From an uncultured delta proteobacterium (GTDB taxonomy: Bacteria > Desulfobacterota > Binatia > HRBIN30 > BPIQ01), in NCBI GenBank assembly GCA_963761335.1, contig CAVXGR010000016.1:288001-352000 (forward strand): a stretch of DNA of 64,000 bases. Reading direction: 5' to 3'. The position numbers and the translations under genes were made by a program. The notes under the pieces are model-generated. The model was given only the letters and a program-made list of their open reading frames with translations. It was not told the origin of the DNA and searched no databases. Shown in pieces: positions 40,334 to 49,889 of the stretch. How positions within the stretch are numbered: the first letter of the stretch is position 1; each line of letters begins with the position of its first letter.

Positions 40334-43156
40334 TCAGGCCGTCGCCCCGGCGGCGACGGACCAGCTCGACGGCGAGGCGCTGCGGACGCAGGTCTCCGTC
40401 TTCGTCACCCGCAGCGGGGCAGCGGTTCCGGGGGACAGACCAAGGACGATACCCATCAGCTCCGCGGGCTTGAGCGTCCCCTGCGGCCCGAAGAGGATGA
40501 CGGCGTCGACCGTCCCGGGAGAGCGCTCGGCGAGCTCGGCGACGAAGGCGCGGGCGTTGACGGAGCGGTTCCCCTTGCGGCTATGTTTCTGCAGCGGTAC
40601 GGCGGACGCCGCCATGAACGCCGCGATGCGCTCGGCCGCCGAGCCGCGGATCGCCGGATCGTCGATCTCGATGCGGTAGCGGAAGGCGGCGATCTGTGAC
40701 TCGATGCTGGGGCCGCGCGCCGGCACGGCGACGGCGTGCCGCAGCTCGATGCCCTCCGGCATCTCCCGGCGCAGCGCCGCCAGCGCCGCCGCCGGCTCGA
40801 ACGGCTGGGTGAGATCGATGTCCAGATATTCGTCCTCGCTCTCGACGCCCACGGGCAGCGCCGGTCCGAAGGCGAATCGGGGCAGGGGATGGTGCCCCTG
40901 CGAGTAGGCGACGGGCAGCCCGGCACGCCGCGCGGCGCGAAAGAAAACGGTGCCGAGCTCCAGATGGCCGATGAAGCGCGCCGGCCCGAGCTTGCTGTAG
41001 GACAGCCGCAGGCGCGCCACCACGGCGGTCGAGGCGCTGTCGGGCGGCGGCGCCAGAGCCGAGGAGCCGGCGTTCAGCCATGCTTCCGCCGTACCGTCGG
41101 CGGTTTCCGCCGGGCGCGGTGAGACCGAGGAGCCGTCCGCGACCGGGAGAGCGCCGGCGGCGACGGCGCCGCTGGTTGTCGGCGCCGTCGGGGGCTCGCC
41201 GCTTTCCCGGCCGTTCTTCTTGGCCTGGGCCAGATGCCAGCCGCGCGGCTCCCAGGCGCCGTCGCTGTCGCCGGCGACGGTCTCGCGCGCCCAGGCGTCG
41301 ACCTCGCCGCCGCGGTGCTCGCTGCCCTTGGCGCCACGCAGGTGGTAGGTGACGTTGCGGATGGCCTTGAAGTCGCAGGCGCCGCAGTAGGTGCACCTCT
41401 CGATGCTGCAGTCCGGGGTCAGGGTGCGCTCGAAGGCGTACGCCAGCTCGCGCTGCAGGAAGCTCTTGTGCACCCCGCTGCTCAGATGGTCCCAGGGAAG
41501 AACCTCGTCGAGGTGGCGCCGCCGCAGGTAGAAATCGGGATCGATGCCGCAAGCGCGCCAGGCGTCCTCCCACAGGTCGAGCCGCAGATGCTCGCTCCAG
41601 CCGTCGAAGCGACAGCCGCGCTGGTAGGCGGCGAGCAGCAGCTTGCCGAGGCGGCGATCGCCGCGCGAGAAGATCCCTTCCATGTATGACTCGCGCGCGT
41701 CGTGCCATTTGAACTTGATGCGGCGCCGTCCGAGCTCGCGGCGGAGAAACTGCTGCCGCGCCTGGATCTCCTCGACCGGGATCTGCGGCACCCACTGGAA
41801 CGGGGTGTGTGGCTTGGGCACGAAGCTCGAGACGCTGGCGGTCACCTGGCGGCGGTTGCCGCCGGCTGCTGCCACCTTGGCGGCGAGATCGGCGATGCCG
41901 ATGAGGTCGTCCTCGGTCTCGCTCGGCAGGCCGAGCATGAAGTAGAGCTTCAGGGTGCGCCAGCCGAGATCGAAGATCTGCCGGGCGGCGTCGATCAGCT
42001 CCGCCTCGGTATACTCCTTCTGGATGATGTCGCGCATGCGCTGCGAGCCGGCTTCCGGCGCCAGGGTGAATCCCGTCTTGCGGACCCGCTTGATCTGCTC
42101 GAGCAGCGGCGCCGCCAAGGCGTCGACGCGCGTCGACGGCAGCGACACCGCCACCTTGCGCGAGGCGAAGCGATTCATGATCTCGGTGAGCAAGGGGTTG
42201 ACGCAGCTGTAGTCACCGGTGCTCAGGCTCAGCAGCGATACCTCCTCGTATCCCGTCTTGCGGATCGCCTCGTCCGCCTGCTCGAGCAGCTTTTCCGGGC
42301 TGCGCTCGCGCAGCGGCCGATAGATGTAGCCCGCCTGGCAGAAGCGGCATCCCTTGACGCAGCCGCGCATCACCTCGAGGCTCGGCCGGTCGTGGACGAT
42401 CTGCACCGTGGGAATGACGTAGGTCCGCTGCGTCGGCACGCTGTTGAGGTCGCGGACCACCCGTTTCTCCACCTCCGCCTGGCCGCGCAGCGGCCGGATG
42501 CGGCGCAGACGTCCGTCGGCGCGGTACTCGGGCTCGAAGAACGCCGGCACGTAGACGCCGCGAATCTCCGCGAGCGCCGCCAGGACGTCGGCGCGATCGC
42601 CTCCGTCCCAGGCGCGGACGGTGTCGCAGATCTCGTGAATGGCCTCCTCGCCGTCGCCGATGAGCACCGCGTCGAGGAAGTCCGCCAGCGGCTCGGGATT
42701 GAAGGCGCACGGCCCTCCGGCGATGACCAGCGGGTCCTCGGCCTGACGTTCCCCGGCGAGCAGGGGAACGCCGCCGAGATCGAGCATCATCAGCAGGTTG
42801 GTGTAGGTCAGCTCGTACTGCAGGCTGAAGCCGATGATGTCGAGATCGCGGAGGGGGGTGAAGGTCTCCAGCGTCACCAGCGGCAGGCCCTCCCGCCGCA
42901 GCGCCGCCTCCATGTCCACCCAGGGGGCGTAGACGCGCTCGGCGTATACGTCCGGCCGCCGGTTGAGGAGGTCGTAGAGGATCTGCAGCCCCGGATGTGA
43001 CTGGGCGATCTCGTAGACCTCGGGAAAGGCGAGGGCGAAGCGCAGCTCCACGGCCGCCGGGTCCTTGCGAACCGCCCCGCGTTCGCCGCCCAGGTAGCGC
43101 CCCGGCTTGCTGACGGTCTCCAGTATGCGCTCGTACTGCTGACGAAATCCCTTCAC
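40334..43156 (-). CDS. TIGR03960-type B12-binding radical SAM protein fused to a TIGR03936/DUF2344 domain
   Basis: 'KPGRYLGGE', 'FSLQYEL', 'RGCVKGCRFC', 'FVPKPHTPFQW'; C-terminal 'FIGHLE...YSQGHHPLPR.AF.PALPVG.ES'. Confidence 0.92.
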   Translation of the reverse strand: MKGFRQQYERILETVSKPGRYLGGERGAVRKDPAAVELRFALAFPEVYEIAQSHPGLQILYDLLNRRPDVYAERVYAPWVDMEAALRREGLPLVTLETFTPLRDLDIIGFSLQYELTYTNLLMMLDLGGVPLLAGERQAEDPLVIAGGPCAFNPEPLADFLDAVLIGDGEEAIHEICDTVRAWDGGDRADVLAALAEIRGVYVPAFFEPEYRADGRLRRIRPLRGQAEVEKRVVRDLNSVPTQRTYVIPTVQIVHDRPSLEVMRGCVKGCRFCQAGYIYRPLRERSPEKLLEQADEAIRKTGYEEVSLLSLSTGDYSCVNPLLTEIMNRFASRKVAVSLPSTRVDALAAPLLEQIKRVRKTGFTLAPEAGSQRMRDIIQKEYTEAELIDAARQIFDLGWRTLKLYFMLGLPSETEDDLIGIADLAAKVAAAGGNRRQVTASVSSFVPKPHTPFQWVPQIPVEEIQARQQFLRRELGRRRIKFKWHDARESYMEGIFSRGDRRLGKLLLAAYQRGCRFDGWSEHLRLDLWEDAWRACGIDPDFYLRRRHLDEVLPWDHLSSGVHKSFLQRELAYAFERTLTPDCSIERCTYCGACDFKAIRNVTYHLRGAKGSEHRGGEVDAWARETVAGDSDGAWEPRGWHLAQAKKNGRESGEPPTAPTTSGAVAAGALPVADGSSVSPRPAETADGTAEAWLNAGSSALAPPPDSASTAVVARLRLSYSKLGPARFIGHLELGTVFFRAARRAGLPVAYSQGHHPLPRFAFGPALPVGVESEDEYLDIDLTQPFEPAAALAALRREMPEGIELRHAVAVPARGPSIESQIAAFRYRIEIDDPAIRGSAAERIAAFMAASAVPLQKHSRKGNRSVNARAFVAELAERSPGTVDAVILFGPQGTLKPAELMGIVLGLSPGTAAPLRVTKTETCVRSASPSSWSVAAGATA

Positions 43157-43243
43157 GCGATATCCTCGGGAACCGTTGCCGGTGCGCCGGGATCATAAGT
43201 GGGCCGGGACGGAAGCGCAAGATAAAGGCCGGTGGTGTCGAGG

Positions 43244-43318
43244 TGGGGACAGGCTACTTTTGCCCTCCGCAGTCCGACCGAAGCGACGGTTTCAACGCGC
43301 AAAAGTTGCCTGTCCCCA
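43244..43318. repeat. Inverted repeat of GGGGACAGGC(T/A)ACTTTT type
   Basis: tggggacaggctacttttgc / gcaaaagttgcctgtcccca (19/20). Confidence 0.85.
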
Positions 43319-43346
43319 GCGTCTGGCGCATCAGACCGTCACAAAC

Positions 43347-43375
43347 TTGACTTCCCCCACCGCCCCGGATACGGT
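43347..43375 (+). promoter_or_regulatory. Putative sigma70 promoter of the HNH gene
   Basis: TTGACT-17 nt-TACGGT. Confidence 0.5.
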
Positions 43376-43415
43376 TCGCAAAATCGGCTTGCGGCTGGGC
43401 GGAGGTGGGGCGCCT

Positions 43416-44030
43416 ATGGCAGTTGCTGGCAGTCTGCTGAATACGAAGGTACTGGTTCTCAACCGGTCCTATCTCCCGGTGCACATCACATCGGTGCGCC
43501 GGGCGTTTGCGCTGTTGTATCAAGGAGTTGCACAGGCAGTTGGGGAGCAGTACCAGACTTTCGACTTCGAGTCCTGGAGCGACATGGGGGCCAGCGAGCG
43601 GGACGAGACGGTGGGCCTCGTCGACCGGGCCATTCGCGTGCCGCGGGTCATCCTGCTGGTGACCTACGATCGCATTCCCCGTCGCCACGTGCGCTTCAGC
43701 CGCTTCAACATCTACGCGCGCGACCACAACACCTGCCAGTACTGCGGCCAGGAGTTCTCGCGCCCCGAGCTCAACCTCGACCACGTCGTGCCGCGTTCGC
43801 AGGGCGGCACCTCGCGTTGGGAGAACGTCGTCTGCTCCTGCCACGTGTGCAATCGCCGCAAGGGCGGGCGCACCCCGGAGCAGGCGGGGATGCGGCTGCT
43901 GCGCCGGCCGCGGCGGCCGGAGTGGACGCCGTTCATGGCCGAGACCTTCAGCCCGAGCCGCTACCGCGAGTGGATGCCCTTCCTGACCATGGTCGACGTC
44001 TCGTACTGGAACACCGAGCTGCTGGAGTAG
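43416..44030 (+). CDS. HNH endonuclease (McrA-like)
   Basis: 'VLVLN..Y.P', 'RD..TCQYCG', 'LDHVVPRS.GG...WEN.V..C..CN..KG'; RBS ggaggt. Confidence 0.92.
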   Translation: MAVAGSLLNTKVLVLNRSYLPVHITSVRRAFALLYQGVAQAVGEQYQTFDFESWSDMGASERDETVGLVDRAIRVPRVILLVTYDRIPRRHVRFSRFNIYARDHNTCQYCGQEFSRPELNLDHVVPRSQGGTSRWENVVCSCHVCNRRKGGRTPEQAGMRLLRRPRRPEWTPFMAETFSPSRYREWMPFLTMVDVSYWNTELLE

Positions 44031-44052
44031 GCGGCGCCTCGCCGCATATCCA

Positions 44053-44187
44053 CATTCTCGGTTCTCATCCCCGGTTCTCGTCCCGTCGTTTTCCATTGTT
44101 CTGCGCGCCGCGTGAGATCGGTCGGCTTCGTGGGTTGCTCGTGGCGGTCAGAGCGAATGGAATACGACGGAATGAGAACCGGGAATG
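44053..44187. repeat. Long inverted repeat element, copy B (related to 38664-38780)
   Basis: Arms share cccggttctc..ccgtcgt.ttccat with copy A. Confidence 0.82.
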
Positions 44188-44517
44188 TGGAGGGATCCTC
44201 GGTTCCTTGGTGGCTTCGGCCTCGCGCAGCGACACACAGAGAGGACTCACGCTACGGCGCGACGGCGCAACGCTTCGAAGAGGGACGGGGGTGTTCTCGG
44301 CGGCGCTGAGAAACGATATGGCGAGGCTGAGCCGTCATGTCGTGCGCGCTCAGGCGTCGGCCAGCGTGTATACCTTGCCTCCCACGGATAGCGCCGTTCA
44401 CTGGCGACGCGTTCCATTGAATTCCTTTCGTAGAGGCGTTGATTTTGCTAATAAATGTAGTCAGGGCTAGGATGCCAGTCGAGGCTAGGAATAGCCCCAG
44501 CAGCTAAGGACAAACCG

Positions 44518-47500
44518 TTGACCGACCCTAAGGGATTGCTGATCGAGGGCGACGCTACCGGTCACGGACAGGGCGAGGAGCGGCTGCGGCAGGTCGAAGA
44601 GCGTTTCGCCCTCGTGCTGCGCGGCTCCAACGACGGCATCTGGGATTGGGACCTGCAGACCAACGAGGTGTATTTCTCGCGGCGCTGGAAGGAGATGCTC
44701 GGCCTCCCCGAGGACGCAACCGGTGATCTGTGGCGGCAGCGCCTCCATCCCGATGATGCCCAGCGAGTCCTCACCGCCATTCTGGCGCACCTCGATGGCG
44801 CACTCCCCCTCTACGAATGCCAGCAGCGGCTGCTCCACGCCGACGGCACCTACCGGTGGATCCTCGCCCGCGGGATCTGCGTGCGCGATGCCAGCGGCAC
44901 GCCGACCCGCATCGCCGGCTCGCACACGGATATCACCGAGCACGTCGGAGCCTTGCAGACGCTCACGCAGAACGAGGAACGCCACCGCGCCCTCGTCGAA
45001 CACGCCGCGGACGGTATCTTCGTGCACGACCTGATGGGCGTCATCACCGACGTCAACCCCGCCGCCTGCGCGAGCTTGGGCTACCGCCGCGACGAGCTCG
45101 TCGGCCGGCCGCTGACCGACATCGACACGCGGCTCGATCCCGAGCGGATTCGCGACCTGCTGCAACGACTCTGGAGCGGGACGCCGGTCGTGCACGAGGC
45201 CGTTTTCCGCAGTAAAGACGGCAGCACGTTTCCCGTCGAGGTGCGTTCGGTGCGCTTCGCCTGGAACGGTGCACCCCATGTGTTGGGCACCGTGCGGGAT
45301 ATCACCCGGCACAGGCGTGACGAGGAAGTGCTGCGGACGACGAAAGAGCAGCTCGAGTTCATGGTCGAGAATGCCGGCGTCGCCTTTTGGGACTGGGACC
45401 TGCGCACCGATGAAACGCATTACTCCGCATCGTGGAGGCGGCGGTTCGGCTATGGCGAGGAAGAGTTCCGCGGCAGCGGGGACGAATGGTGGGACATCTT
45501 GCACCCAGATGACCGCCTGGCGGTCGTGACAGCTCTGCAGGAGGCGCTGAACGGGGCCGGGTGTTACGAGACCGAGCTGCGGATCCGCCAGAAGGATGGG
45601 TCCTATCGCCCCGTTCTCAGCCGGGCGCTGGTCGTGTGCGACGCGGATGGCCAGCCGATCCGCCTGCTCGGCGCGCACATCGACATCACCGAGCAGAAGC
45701 GCATGGAGCTGGCGCTGCGAGAGGCGCAGGCGACGCTGCGTTTGGCGACGGAGAGTGCGAAGGTCGCCGTCTGGGATTGCGATCTGCGCGCGCTCACGAT
45801 CCGCTTCTCGTCGGGCTGGCAACGCGTGCTCGGGCGTGAGGCTGGCGAGACCACGCTGGTTGAGCTCTGGGATCTGGTGCATCCCGACGATCGCGCGAAG
45901 ACCAGCGCGGCCATGCAGGAGCACCTGCAGGGCCGCGCCAGCATCTACGAGACCGAGCAACGCATGCGTCACGCGGACGGCTCGTATCGCTGGGTGCTCA
46001 GTCGGGGTATCGTCGCCTGCGACACGGAGGGCCGGCCGTCCCACCTGTTTGGTGCCGACATCGACATCACGGAGCGGAAGGCGTTGGAAGAGGCCCTGCG
46101 GCGCTCGGAAGAGCAGTATCGTCATTTGGTCGAAGACATCACGGACATCATCTACGCGGCGGACCGGAACGGCCGCGTCACCTACATGAGCCCCGTGGCA
46201 GAGCAGCTCTATGGGTATACCCCCGCGGAGGTGATCAACCGCGATTTTTCCGACTTCATCTTCCCGGAGGATCTTCCGCTGGTCGCCGAGGGCTTTCGCG
46301 GGGCCATCTCCGGCACTCCGCAACCGCACGACCACCGGATCGTCACCAAATCGGGCGAGGTTCGCTGGGTGCGAAACCATGCCCGAGTCATCGTGCAGGG
46401 CAACCAGATCGTCGGCCTGCAGGGCGTGATGTCGGACCTGACCGAGCGGAAGCGAGCGGAGACCGCGCTGCGTGCGCTCACCGCGTCGCTGGAACAACAA
46501 GTGGCGGAACGCACTCGGGAGGTGCTGGCGACCCACGATCAGCTGCGCGCGATCACCGACAACATGTTCGACATGGTGAGCCAGGTGAGTCTGGACGGGG
46601 TGTTCCAGTACGTCAGCCCCGCGCACGAGCGCGTCTTGGGATATGCACCGAAGCAAATGGTGGGCAGATCGGCACTCGGCTTTCTCCATCCCGATGACGT
46701 TGCCCCCGTGAAGGCCACCATGGAGTCCATGATCCGTGTGGCCTCGGCCGGCCGCGCAGAGTTTCGCTACCGGTGTGCCGATGGCCACTACGTTTGGCTG
46801 GAAACCGTGGGCAATCTGCTCTTCGACGATCACGACGCCCCGGTCGGAATAGTTTTGAACGGGCGCGACGTCACCGAGCACAAGCAGGCGCGCGAGGCGC
46901 TGCAGACGACGCTATCGGTGCTTCGCGCGACCCTCGAATCCACCGCGGACGGGATTCTGGTCATCGACACCAACGGCCGGGTGACGGAATACAACGAGCG
47001 CTTCCAAGAGCTGTGGCACATCCCCGAGGCCGTGATCGACACGCACGACGACGATTGCCTGCTGGCCCACGTCCTCGGCCAACTCAAAGACCCACAGGGA
47101 TTCCGGACAAAGGTCAGAGCGCTGTACGGACAACCCGATGCAGAGAGCTTCGAGGTGCTCGAGTTCAAGGACGGCCGCACCTTCGAGCGGTTCTCATGCC
47201 CGCAACGGGTGGACGGCCGGAGTATCGGTCGGGTCTGGAGCTTCCGTGACGTGACCCAGCGAGTTCGCAATGAAGCCGAGTTGAGAGAGAGCGAAGCGCG
47301 ATACCGGACGCTGGTGGAATCCGCAAGCGACGCTGTGGTCAGCATCGACGAGTGCGGCATCGTGCAGTCCGTCAACTCGGCGGCGGAACAGCTCTTCGGC
47401 TTCACGGCAGCAGAGATCCTCGGCGACAATGTGACGCGGCTCATGCCCGAGCCCGATGCCGGCCCCCACGACGAGTATCTCGCCGCGTACTTGCGAACCG

Positions 47501-48519
47501 GCGTGGCGCACGTCATCGGCAGGGTTCGCGAGGTCAGCGGGCGGCGCAAGGACGGGACGACATTCCCCTTGGAGCTGTCGATCAGCGAGATGCAGTTCGG
47601 GGAGCGGCGCATGTTCACCGGCATCATGCGCGACATCAGCGCGCGCAAGCAGGCGGAACATGACATCTGGCGGTTGAACGCCGAGCTGGAGCAGCGCGTC
47701 GTCGAGCGCACCGCCCAGCTCGAGGTGGCCAACCAGGAGCTGGAAGCCTTCAGCTACTCCGTGTCGCATGACCTGCGGTCGCCGCTGCGCCATATCGAGG
47801 GCTTCAGCGAGATGTTGCTGGAGGATTCCGCGGAGCGGCTCGACGACGGGGGGCGGTACTATCTCGAGCGCATCAGCGCTGGCTGCCAGCGCATGGGCCA
47901 GCTCATCGAAGATCTGTTGTCGCTGTCGCGCGTGGTGCGGCATGAGCTGCGGCACGCGCCGATCGACCTCTCGGCGGCGGCCCGCAAGATCATTGCCGAG
48001 CTGCGCGAGGGACAACCGGGACGCGACGTCGAGGTCGTCATCGCGGACCATTTGCATGCCACCGGTGACTCGGGGTTGCTCCGCATCGTTCTGGAGAACC
48101 TGCTCGGCAACGCCTGGAAGTACACCAGCAAGCGGCGGGGGGCGCGCATCGAGTTCGGACGGGCGCCGGGTGCGGAGAGCGGACTTGCCGACCCCCGCTT
48201 CGTTCGATCCGCCGTCGCCAATCCATCCGCGATGGCGTTCTTCGTCCGCGACAACGGGGCGGGTTTCGACCCCGCGCGTGCGGACAGGCTGTTCACTCCG
48301 TTCCGGCGGTTGCACAGCGAAGCGGAGTTCGAGGGCAGCGGCATCGGCTTGGCGATCGTGCAGCGCATCATTTGCCGCCACGGTGGGCACGTGTGGGCAG
48401 AAGCGGCCGTTGAGCAGGGTGCCACCTTCTACTTCACCCTGCCGCAGGATTCGACGCGGGCTGACCCGGCGAAGTTTCCGCGGCGTGGGCGAGAGGAACC
48501 CGCGAGCCTGGCGAGCTGA
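44518..48519 (+). CDS. Cytoplasmic sensor histidine kinase with 8 PAS/PAC domains (start uncertain)
   Basis: Eight PAS starts with DIT/DVT ends; H-box 'SVSHDLRSPL'; 'NLLGNAWKY', 'DNGAGF', 'GSGIGLA'; no TM segment seen. Confidence 0.92.
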   Translation: MTDPKGLLIEGDATGHGQGEERLRQVEERFALVLRGSNDGIWDWDLQTNEVYFSRRWKEMLGLPEDATGDLWRQRLHPDDAQRVLTAILAHLDGALPLYECQQRLLHADGTYRWILARGICVRDASGTPTRIAGSHTDITEHVGALQTLTQNEERHRALVEHAADGIFVHDLMGVITDVNPAACASLGYRRDELVGRPLTDIDTRLDPERIRDLLQRLWSGTPVVHEAVFRSKDGSTFPVEVRSVRFAWNGAPHVLGTVRDITRHRRDEEVLRTTKEQLEFMVENAGVAFWDWDLRTDETHYSASWRRRFGYGEEEFRGSGDEWWDILHPDDRLAVVTALQEALNGAGCYETELRIRQKDGSYRPVLSRALVVCDADGQPIRLLGAHIDITEQKRMELALREAQATLRLATESAKVAVWDCDLRALTIRFSSGWQRVLGREAGETTLVELWDLVHPDDRAKTSAAMQEHLQGRASIYETEQRMRHADGSYRWVLSRGIVACDTEGRPSHLFGADIDITERKALEEALRRSEEQYRHLVEDITDIIYAADRNGRVTYMSPVAEQLYGYTPAEVINRDFSDFIFPEDLPLVAEGFRGAISGTPQPHDHRIVTKSGEVRWVRNHARVIVQGNQIVGLQGVMSDLTERKRAETALRALTASLEQQVAERTREVLATHDQLRAITDNMFDMVSQVSLDGVFQYVSPAHERVLGYAPKQMVGRSALGFLHPDDVAPVKATMESMIRVASAGRAEFRYRCADGHYVWLETVGNLLFDDHDAPVGIVLNGRDVTEHKQAREALQTTLSVLRATLESTADGILVIDTNGRVTEYNERFQELWHIPEAVIDTHDDDCLLAHVLGQLKDPQGFRTKVRALYGQPDAESFEVLEFKDGRTFERFSCPQRVDGRSIGRVWSFRDVTQRVRNEAELRESEARYRTLVESASDAVVSIDECGIVQSVNSAAEQLFGFTAAEILGDNVTRLMPEPDAGPHDEYLAAYLRTGVAHVIGRVREVSGRRKDGTTFPLELSISEMQFGERRMFTGIMRDISARKQAEHDIWRLNAELEQRVVERTAQLEVANQELEAFSYSVSHDLRSPLRHIEGFSEMLLEDSAERLDDGGRYYLERISAGCQRMGQLIEDLLSLSRVVRHELRHAPIDLSAAARKIIAELREGQPGRDVEVVIADHLHATGDSGLLRIVLENLLGNAWKYTSKRRGARIEFGRAPGAESGLADPRFVRSAVANPSAMAFFVRDNGAGFDPARADRLFTPFRRLHSEAEFEGSGIGLAIVQRIICRHGGHVWAEAAVEQGATFYFTLPQDSTRADPAKFPRRGREEPASLAS

Positions 48520-48534
48520 TGACCGGCGCCGGCG

Positions 48535-49872
48535 TTAACTCTGTCGGCCTCGGACCTGCCGATCGACGCGAGCGTCCATGCGGTTGAGCACGCTCATCAT
48601 GCCGCGGATCAACAGCCAGCGCAGCGGCTCCGGCGGCAGCGGCGGCACGAAGCGGGTCAGCGCTTCGACGTGATCGTTCTCTCTCTCCAATAGAAAGTCG
48701 GCGAGGATGGCGCCCATGGCGCTGGCGGCGGCGACGCCGTGGCCGTTGTAACCGACTGCGTAGTACAGATTGCGGGCGGCCCCGGTGCGCCCGAGGGTCG
48801 GCAGGAAGTGCATCGTCATGCCGATCCAGCCGCCCCAGAAGTGGGCGACCGGCACCTCCGCGAGCCGCGGGAAACGATCGCGAAAGCCGCCGGCGATGAG
48901 GCCGAGCGTCCACGGATGCGGCCCTCCTTCGAGGGCGCCGCCGTACGCGTAGCGAACGCCCTTCGAGCCGCCGAGGATCGTGCCGCGCGCCGTCAGGCGA
49001 TAGCTCTCCAGGCTCTCGTGCGCCGTGTAGATTCCTTCGCGGCCGCGCCAGCCGAGCTGGTCGAGCTGGGCGCTGCTCAACGGCGCTGTCTCGAACAAGG
49101 TGTCGTAGAGCGGGTAGATCGTGTGCCGCAGATGTCCCAGGGCCGGGGTATAGGCGTTGGTGGCCAGCACCACCTTGTCCGCCTTGACCACGCCGCCCGC
49201 GGTGCGCACCAGGGCTCGCGGCGCGTCGATCAGCTCCTGCACCGCCGTCTGCTCGAACAGCCGGACGCCGGCGTCGACAACGGCGCGCCGCATCCCCATC
49301 ACGTACTTGCCCGGATCGAGCGTGCCGCCCGACTCCTCCAGCGCGCCCGCAACAAACGCCGGCGGGATGCCGCGCTCGCGCATCGCCTCGCCGTGGAGAA
49401 AGCGCACCCGCGCCCCGAGCTGTGCCGCGACCACCGCGGCTTTGCGCAGCCGCGCCTCCTGTTTCGGATGCACGGCCGCCATGATGTTGCCCGACGAGAC
49501 GTAGTCGCAATCGATGTGCAGATTGCGGATCAGCTGTTCTACGAAGACAACGGCGTCGTCGGCGAAGCGTACCAGATGCGCGGCGCGCCGCTTGCCGAAG
49601 AGCAGCAGCAAGGTCGGTAGATCCTTGCCGATCGTCGGCGTCAGATGTCCGGCATTGCGGCCACTGGCGCCGAAGCCGGCGAAGTCGCGCTCGAGCACGA
49701 CCACGTCGGCGCCCGCCCGCTTCAGCGCCAGCGCCGCGGAGAGACCGGTGAGGCCGCCGCCGATGACGGCGACGTCAGCAACCAGGTCCGATCCCAGCGG
49801 CGGCTGGAGATCGGGCGGCGGCGCCACCCAGGGGCTGACCTTCAAGAACTCGGCCGCTTCGTCGCTCGCCAT
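48535..49872 (-). CDS. FAD-dependent oxidoreductase (DAO/PuuB-like)
   Basis: 'VIGGGLTGLSAA', 'GFGASGRNAG', 'LATNAY', 'GYNGHGV'. Confidence 0.9.
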   Translation of the reverse strand: MASDEAAEFLKVSPWVAPPPDLQPPLGSDLVADVAVIGGGLTGLSAALALKRAGADVVVLERDFAGFGASGRNAGHLTPTIGKDLPTLLLLFGKRRAAHLVRFADDAVVFVEQLIRNLHIDCDYVSSGNIMAAVHPKQEARLRKAAVVAAQLGARVRFLHGEAMRERGIPPAFVAGALEESGGTLDPGKYVMGMRRAVVDAGVRLFEQTAVQELIDAPRALVRTAGGVVKADKVVLATNAYTPALGHLRHTIYPLYDTLFETAPLSSAQLDQLGWRGREGIYTAHESLESYRLTARGTILGGSKGVRYAYGGALEGGPHPWTLGLIAGGFRDRFPRLAEVPVAHFWGGWIGMTMHFLPTLGRTGAARNLYYAVGYNGHGVAAASAMGAILADFLLERENDHVEALTRFVPPLPPEPLRWLLIRGMMSVLNRMDARVDRQVRGRQS

Positions 49873-49889
49873 GGCTTCTTCCCAGGGGT

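Noticed and set aside
43416..44030. HNH as a defence or homing element
   Set aside because: Typical stand-alone chromosomal HNH type with no methylase, intron or defence neighbours.
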